Source: the human T2T-CHM13v2.0 reference genome, Homo sapiens
Reading direction: 5' to 3' (one strand)
Length of the DNA: 64,000 bases
Assembly: GCF_009914755.1 (NCBI RefSeq)
Contig: NC_060931.1
Shown here one piece after another: positions 58,887 to 64,000 of this stretch. The translations under genes and the position numbers were made by a program. The notes below the pieces were generated by a model. It had not been told where the DNA came from. It saw only the letters and a list, made by a program, of their open reading frames with translations, and ran no database searches. Positions within the stretch are counted from its first letter, which is position 1. Each line of letters starts with the position of its first letter.

Positions 58887-59066
58887 ATAAGGACTGGATC
58901 TTGGTTTAGAGGGAATAAGATACAATGAAAATATAGTGCCTTCCTAGTGATGCCAGAGGGCTCATATGAGAAACCATTATAAGGACTGGATCTTGGCTCA
59001 GAGAAAATAAGATACAAACAAAATAAGGTGTCTTCCTAGAGATGGCAGAGGAGTCATAAGAGAAAC
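58887..59066. repeat. Two-copy tandem duplication, 92-bp period
   Basis: Copies start at 58887 and 58979; 14 mismatches in 88 aligned bases by hand count. Confidence 0.9.
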
Positions 59067-59306
59067 TCAGTAAATTGTTTAATGTGCCAAAATTTACAGG
59101 GTGGCCATTCTGAATAACAAGTCCTGTACTACATCTAGTGTCCCACGGATCACATGACCTGTGGTGTGCACTGACTTTCCAAGTGTGTGAAAACTTAGCC
59201 TAGATGCCTCTCACTCCTTAGCACACTTTACCATCCTAGAGTTGATTTAGAAAGATGTGAATGATTCAGCAGCAAACCACTCTGTTCCTTACTTCTAGCC
59301 AAACTG

Positions 59307-59740
59307 TGTGGCAGGGCAGGCAACTTTGATATGCAAATGCAGGCCAATAGGAACTGAGTTCACCCAAATATGGCTATTCCTGGCCTTCTTGCCCTTTCCC
59401 CACATGTTCCTGGCAACATGGCCGCTCCCACATATCCCCATGTGTTTAGAACATCATGGCGCCCTGTATTTGCATATAAAAAGGCTAAGGTGAGAGGGCC
59501 AACTTTTTCGCGGCTATGTGAATGACATGCCTGGTCAAACCAATCCCCTTAGCCCTGTGCAAATCAGACCCTGCCTCCTGCAGCCTCTGCAATATATACC
59601 TGGCTAGTGTCCACCGCACTTGGGGACTTCCTCTTTTGGCTTTGGAGCCCCCCCGTCCCTCTGACTCTGTATGGGGGAGCCTTTTCCTTCTGCCTTCTCT
59701 TTCCTTCTTTGCCTATTAAACTCTCTGCTCCTTAAAGCCA
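59307..59740 (+). mobile_element. LTR9-family LTR, internally deleted and 3'-truncated
   Basis: 'tgtggcagg' start; 'ggcaacatggccgctcccacatatcccc', 'gacatgcctggtcaaaccaatcccct', 'gcctattaaactctc'; ends in (CA)n. Confidence 0.8.
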
Positions 59741-59999
59741 CACACACACACACAAACTGCATTTAAGATGCTATGTGCTTTTGTTCTCAGAGGAAACACA
59801 TTTACTAGAGAGAGAGTGGCACAGGATAGGACAGCACACTCATCTCCTCCTATCTCAGCCATTGTTGTAGGATAGGACGTTTTTCCATCTAACCATGACC
59901 TGCATGACTATGGTGGTGGAGGATACATGACTAACAGTGACTCCTGATTCTCCATTGTGTGGCCGGTCCTCCAGGATCTGGAGTTGCGTTTCTGGAAAA

Positions 60000-60002
<3 letters not shown>

Positions 60003-60029
<27 letters not shown>
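60003..60029. repeat. (GA)n microsatellite
   Basis: Directly visible. Confidence 0.9.
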
Positions 60030-60031
<2 letters not shown>

Positions 60032-60426
60032 CTGTTCCTGCAGCCATTATTTGGAAAACCAGGATTCAAAAAGTCAGTTGCTCTAGTTCCTGCCTGGGGC
60101 TAGAATTAAGTCCCTCTTTTTTAAGTCTTTCTCCACATAGGTCCCTGACTACATATGACAAAAGTAGGAACTTAGTCATCCCAGGTCCATTCTACACCAG
60201 TAGCTACTTTGAGAAGAGTATCCCTCTTCAACAACTTATTTGTAATTGAGGTTACCAAATTAGAGAAGGGACCGTCACTCATTTTGGTTCAACTTCATCT
60301 TAAGAAAGAAACATTTGCTATGAATGATAGGAGTTTCCTGTTTTACTCAACACAATTTATTTTAATCATGGACATTTTCATTATTTTACTGGTGGCATAA
60401 CACATCTGTTCTATTATTCATATAGA

Positions 60427-61285
60427 AAGCAGGCTCTCAAACAAGGTCATTTCATTCAACACCATTTTGTTATAACTTTGATAAGAAAAGAAGTGATTCC
60501 CAGCGGGAGCCACTGTCTGTGTGGAGTGTGCATGTTCTCCCCATGTCGTTGTGAGATTTTTTCCGGGTACTGTGGTTTCCCCCAACATCCCAAAGCTGTG
60601 CCTGTCAGGTTCTTGGCATGTCTACATGGTCCCTGTGTGGGTGAGTGTGGGAGTATGTGTGTGAGTGCACCTGCCATAGGATGAGGGCCACTAGGGGGCT
60701 GATTTCCGCCTTTCATCCTCAGCCGCAGGGAGAGCCTCCGCCCACCTGTGACCCTGAACTGGAATTAGTAGTGGGTTGGAAAATGAATGAATAAGTTATT
60801 TTACAAATTATTGTAAAACAAAAATTTGCTAAGGATACAATAATCATACAAATGCAGGACAATATACAATGAGGTAAGAAGGTGCTCAGCGAACCACCAT
60901 ACTTGTTCTTGTCTGATTTTGAACTCCATGTGGTAGCAATAGCCTTACAATTTTCGCTTTGTAAGCATTTATTTCTTGATTTAACCCACCACCACCACAA
61001 ACGCTGCCCCTCACTGATTCATCAAATATTGGGTTGGTAGTTATTCTTATTAATCATTCCTAAATGCATATATAGCTCACATTTACTTTAATTTTTAATA
61101 TGAGAAATGTTTTGAATCTTTATTTAGAAATTTGGTGATGTTTTTGTGACCAGACACATATGCCACAAGAACTTAATTCTTGTTATATCAATTAGCATCT
61201 GGTAAAATTGGTTTTGTTATGTGTCGTTTTGGCTAACGTCCCAGTTTTCAATAACCTATTGATGATGTTAAGTGAGGACTTACTG
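60427..61285 (+). mobile_element. Near full-length MER6 (TcMar-Tigger non-autonomous)
   Basis: ~860 bp; right TIR 'gttaagtgaggacttactg' followed by TA; internal 'ctgtgtggagtgtgcatgttctccccatgtc...cccaacatcccaaag'. Confidence 0.85.
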
Positions 61286-61779
61286 TACTGATCTAAGAGT
61301 ATGTAGCATTTTACTTTCTATATGCAGTCTTTCTCAAACCTGAAATCCTGTAGCTTGAAAGTGTGGTAACTGTCATCCAAATTTTAGAGTGGATATGTTA
61401 AGAGTCACAACATTTTTACCTCAATATATAAATAAACATATTCTCTTGTCACTTCAGTGTAATACGTGACAACTCCCACAGAATATTTTTCCCTATCATG
61501 TATCTTAATTGTTCTGCAAAGCATTAAAGACATAGTTTAGGTATATATGTGTGCATGTATATGTATATTTTATAATACACTTACTAGGTTCTTTTTATTT
61601 CTATATTCATTGCTTTGCTTAATCTACAAGTCATTTTTTCTATATAAAAGTGTCATTATACCTGACATAACCGTATGTATACAGTTATGTGTGTGTGTGT
61701 ATATATATATATATATGTTTTGTCACCTCTTTCTCAACTTCCATTCACTGTGAATATATTTAAATCACACTTTCCTCGC

Positions 61780-62885
61780 CATCAAGGTATACACACCACT
61801 CTTTTCGAGGACACTGTCAATTTCTATGTTGCCAGTTTCAATGATCATTGTCAATTCTTACACTACTGATCTTTCAGCAACTTTTTGATAGAACTGATTG
61901 CTCCCTTTATCTTAAAATCTTTTCTTTAAGTGACTCCAAAGACCCTTCTTTTGGATCCTTCACATTACTGGCCAATCATTCTCTGCCTTTATTGCTAAAT
62001 CATCCCCCACTTTCTTACCTTTAAATATTGGATTGCCCTCTGGATCATTTATTGTTTCCCTTCCTTTTCTTAACATTCACTCCCCAGAGGAATTCACACC
62101 ATCCTGTTGTTTTTAAGCCCATCTACTTGCTACTGATACTCAAACTTATGCCCACAATATGATCTTGAGGCTAACTCCAGACTTTAAAATGTAACTACAT
62201 ACTTTTTATTTAACAGGCTGGTTAAACTTAGCATCTCCAAGGCAGTACTGCTGAGTATATTTACCCTCCAAACAAACAAACAAACAAACAAGTGAAAGCC
62301 TGCTCCCTCTTTTACCCAGTTTTATGCTTCTAAGAATATGGCACTCCATTTATTCAGTCTCTCTTGAGAGAATGCTGGAAAACATTCTTGTTTCTTTCTT
62401 AAATTTTCCCTCTCACATCCCACATCCAGTATATGAATAGGTCCTGACATCTCTACCTATGATCACTAAGGAGTTACCATTCTATTTAAAGTCAACATCA
62501 GTGTATCACCTTAACTGTTGCAACAAGTCTGTAACTAGTCTCTCTGTTCCCACTTTTGCCCCATGACACAATATTTCTATTCAAGACCTAGTTATTGTTT
62601 GAAAATATAAATTGGATTATAAAAATATTCTGTTCAAAATATTTCAATGGTTTTACATCTTACTCAGAAAGAAAAGTTTATCATTCACCATGGTGTACCA
62701 GCTCAGTGTGACCTGCTGATGCTCAGAGGACAGAATAACTCATATCTAGCCATACTGCCATCTTGCTCCGACTTCCGGGGCTTTGTACTTTCTGCTGCTC
62801 TTCCTAAAATGCATTCTCCCCAGGTCCTTGCAGAGTTAACTCTTTACGTCATTGAGACCTCCATTCAAATGCCACTTCTTCAGCA
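61780..62885 (+). mobile_element. L2
   Basis: L2 motifs 'ttgctactgatactcaaac', 'aactagtctctctgttcccacttttgcccc'. Confidence 0.7.
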
Positions 62886-62889
62886 AATA

Positions 62890-64000
62890 TGTTTTCATTA
62901 GTCCATTTTAATACTGCTATAAAGGAATACCTGATACTGGGTAATTTATAAGGAAAGACATTTAATTGACTCACAGTTCTGCATTGCTGGGATGGCCTCA
63001 GGAAACTTTCACATGGTGGAAGGTGAGGCAGCCACGTCTTACATGGCGGCAGGTGAGACAGAAAGTGAAAAGCCCAAGGGAAACTGTCATTTATAAAGCC
63101 ATCAGATCTCCTGAGAACTCCCTCACTATCACAAGAACAGCATGGAGGAAACTGCCCTCATGGTCCAGTCACTTCCCACCAGGTCCCTCCCTCAACACCT
63201 GGGGATTACAATTCAAGATGAGATTTGGGTGGGAACACAGAGCCTCCTCCCAAGTCTTATGGCCTTTATATTATACATTTCAGTAATAATCATGCCTTCC
63301 CAACAGTCCCCCAAAGCCTTAACTCATTCCAGCATTAACTCAAAAGTCCAAGTCCAAAGTCTCATCTGAGACAAATCCCTTCCAACTATGAAACTGTAAA
63401 ATCAAAACCAAGTTAATTACTTTCTAGATATACTAGAGGTACAGGAATTGTATAAATGCTTCTATTTCAAACGGGAGAAATTGGCCAAAAGAAAGGGGCT
63501 ACAGGCCCCATGCAAGTTCAAAATCCAGTGGAGCAGTCATTAAAACTTAAAGTTCCAAAATGATCTCCTTTGACTCTATGTCTCACATCCAGGTCAGACT
63601 GATGCAAGAGGAGGGCTGCCATGGTCTTGAGCAGCTCTGCCCCTGTGGCTTTGCAGAATACAGTTCCCCTCCTGGCTGCTTTCACAGGCTGGCATTCAGT
63701 GCCTGTGGCTTTTCTGGAACGTGGTACAAGCTGTTGGTGTATCTACCACCCTGGGGTCTGAAGGACAGTGGCCCTCTTATCACAGCTCCACTAGGCAATG
63801 GCCCAGTGAGGACTCTATGTTGGGGCTCCAACCCACATTTCCTTTCTGCACTGCCCTAGCAGAGGTTCTCCATGAAGGCTTTGCCCCTGCAGCAGACTTC
63901 TGCCTGGACATACAGGCATTTCCACACATTCTTTGAAATCTAGGTGGAGGACCCCAACCTCAGTTCTTGACTTCTGTGCATCCACATGCCCAACACCCGT
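62890..64000 (-). mobile_element. THE1/MST MaLR: 3' LTR (~62890-63244) plus internal region running off the window
   Basis: 'ggtaatttataaggaaag...ttgactcacagttc', 'gatgagatttgggtggg'; internal 'catgccttcccaacagtcccccaaag', 'ggggctacaggccccatgcaag'. Confidence 0.9.

Overview
Human-type (primate) intergenic DNA, AT-rich and dense in repeats, with no intact protein-coding gene. The human-lineage AluYb8 at ~23.4-23.7 kb points to Homo sapiens. The only gene-derived feature is a 5'-truncated processed HAUS6 pseudogene (~21862-26521, + strand): C-terminal ~370 codons with one frameshift and one premature stop, then a ~3.5 kb 3'UTR, AATAAA and poly(A). The rest is Alu, L1 (including a ~5 kb L1PB-like copy), L2, L3, LTRs (MER52, LOR1, MLT2, LTR9, THE1/MST) and DNA transposons (MER6, MER94). 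Subfamily names come from remembered consensus sequences, not a RepeatMasker run. The most notable observation is that the pseudogene's two flanks do not belong together (cut MER52 on the left, mid-ORF2 of an old L1 on the right, no TSD), suggesting a rearrangement breakpoint. I see no convincing evidence of a new biological system.
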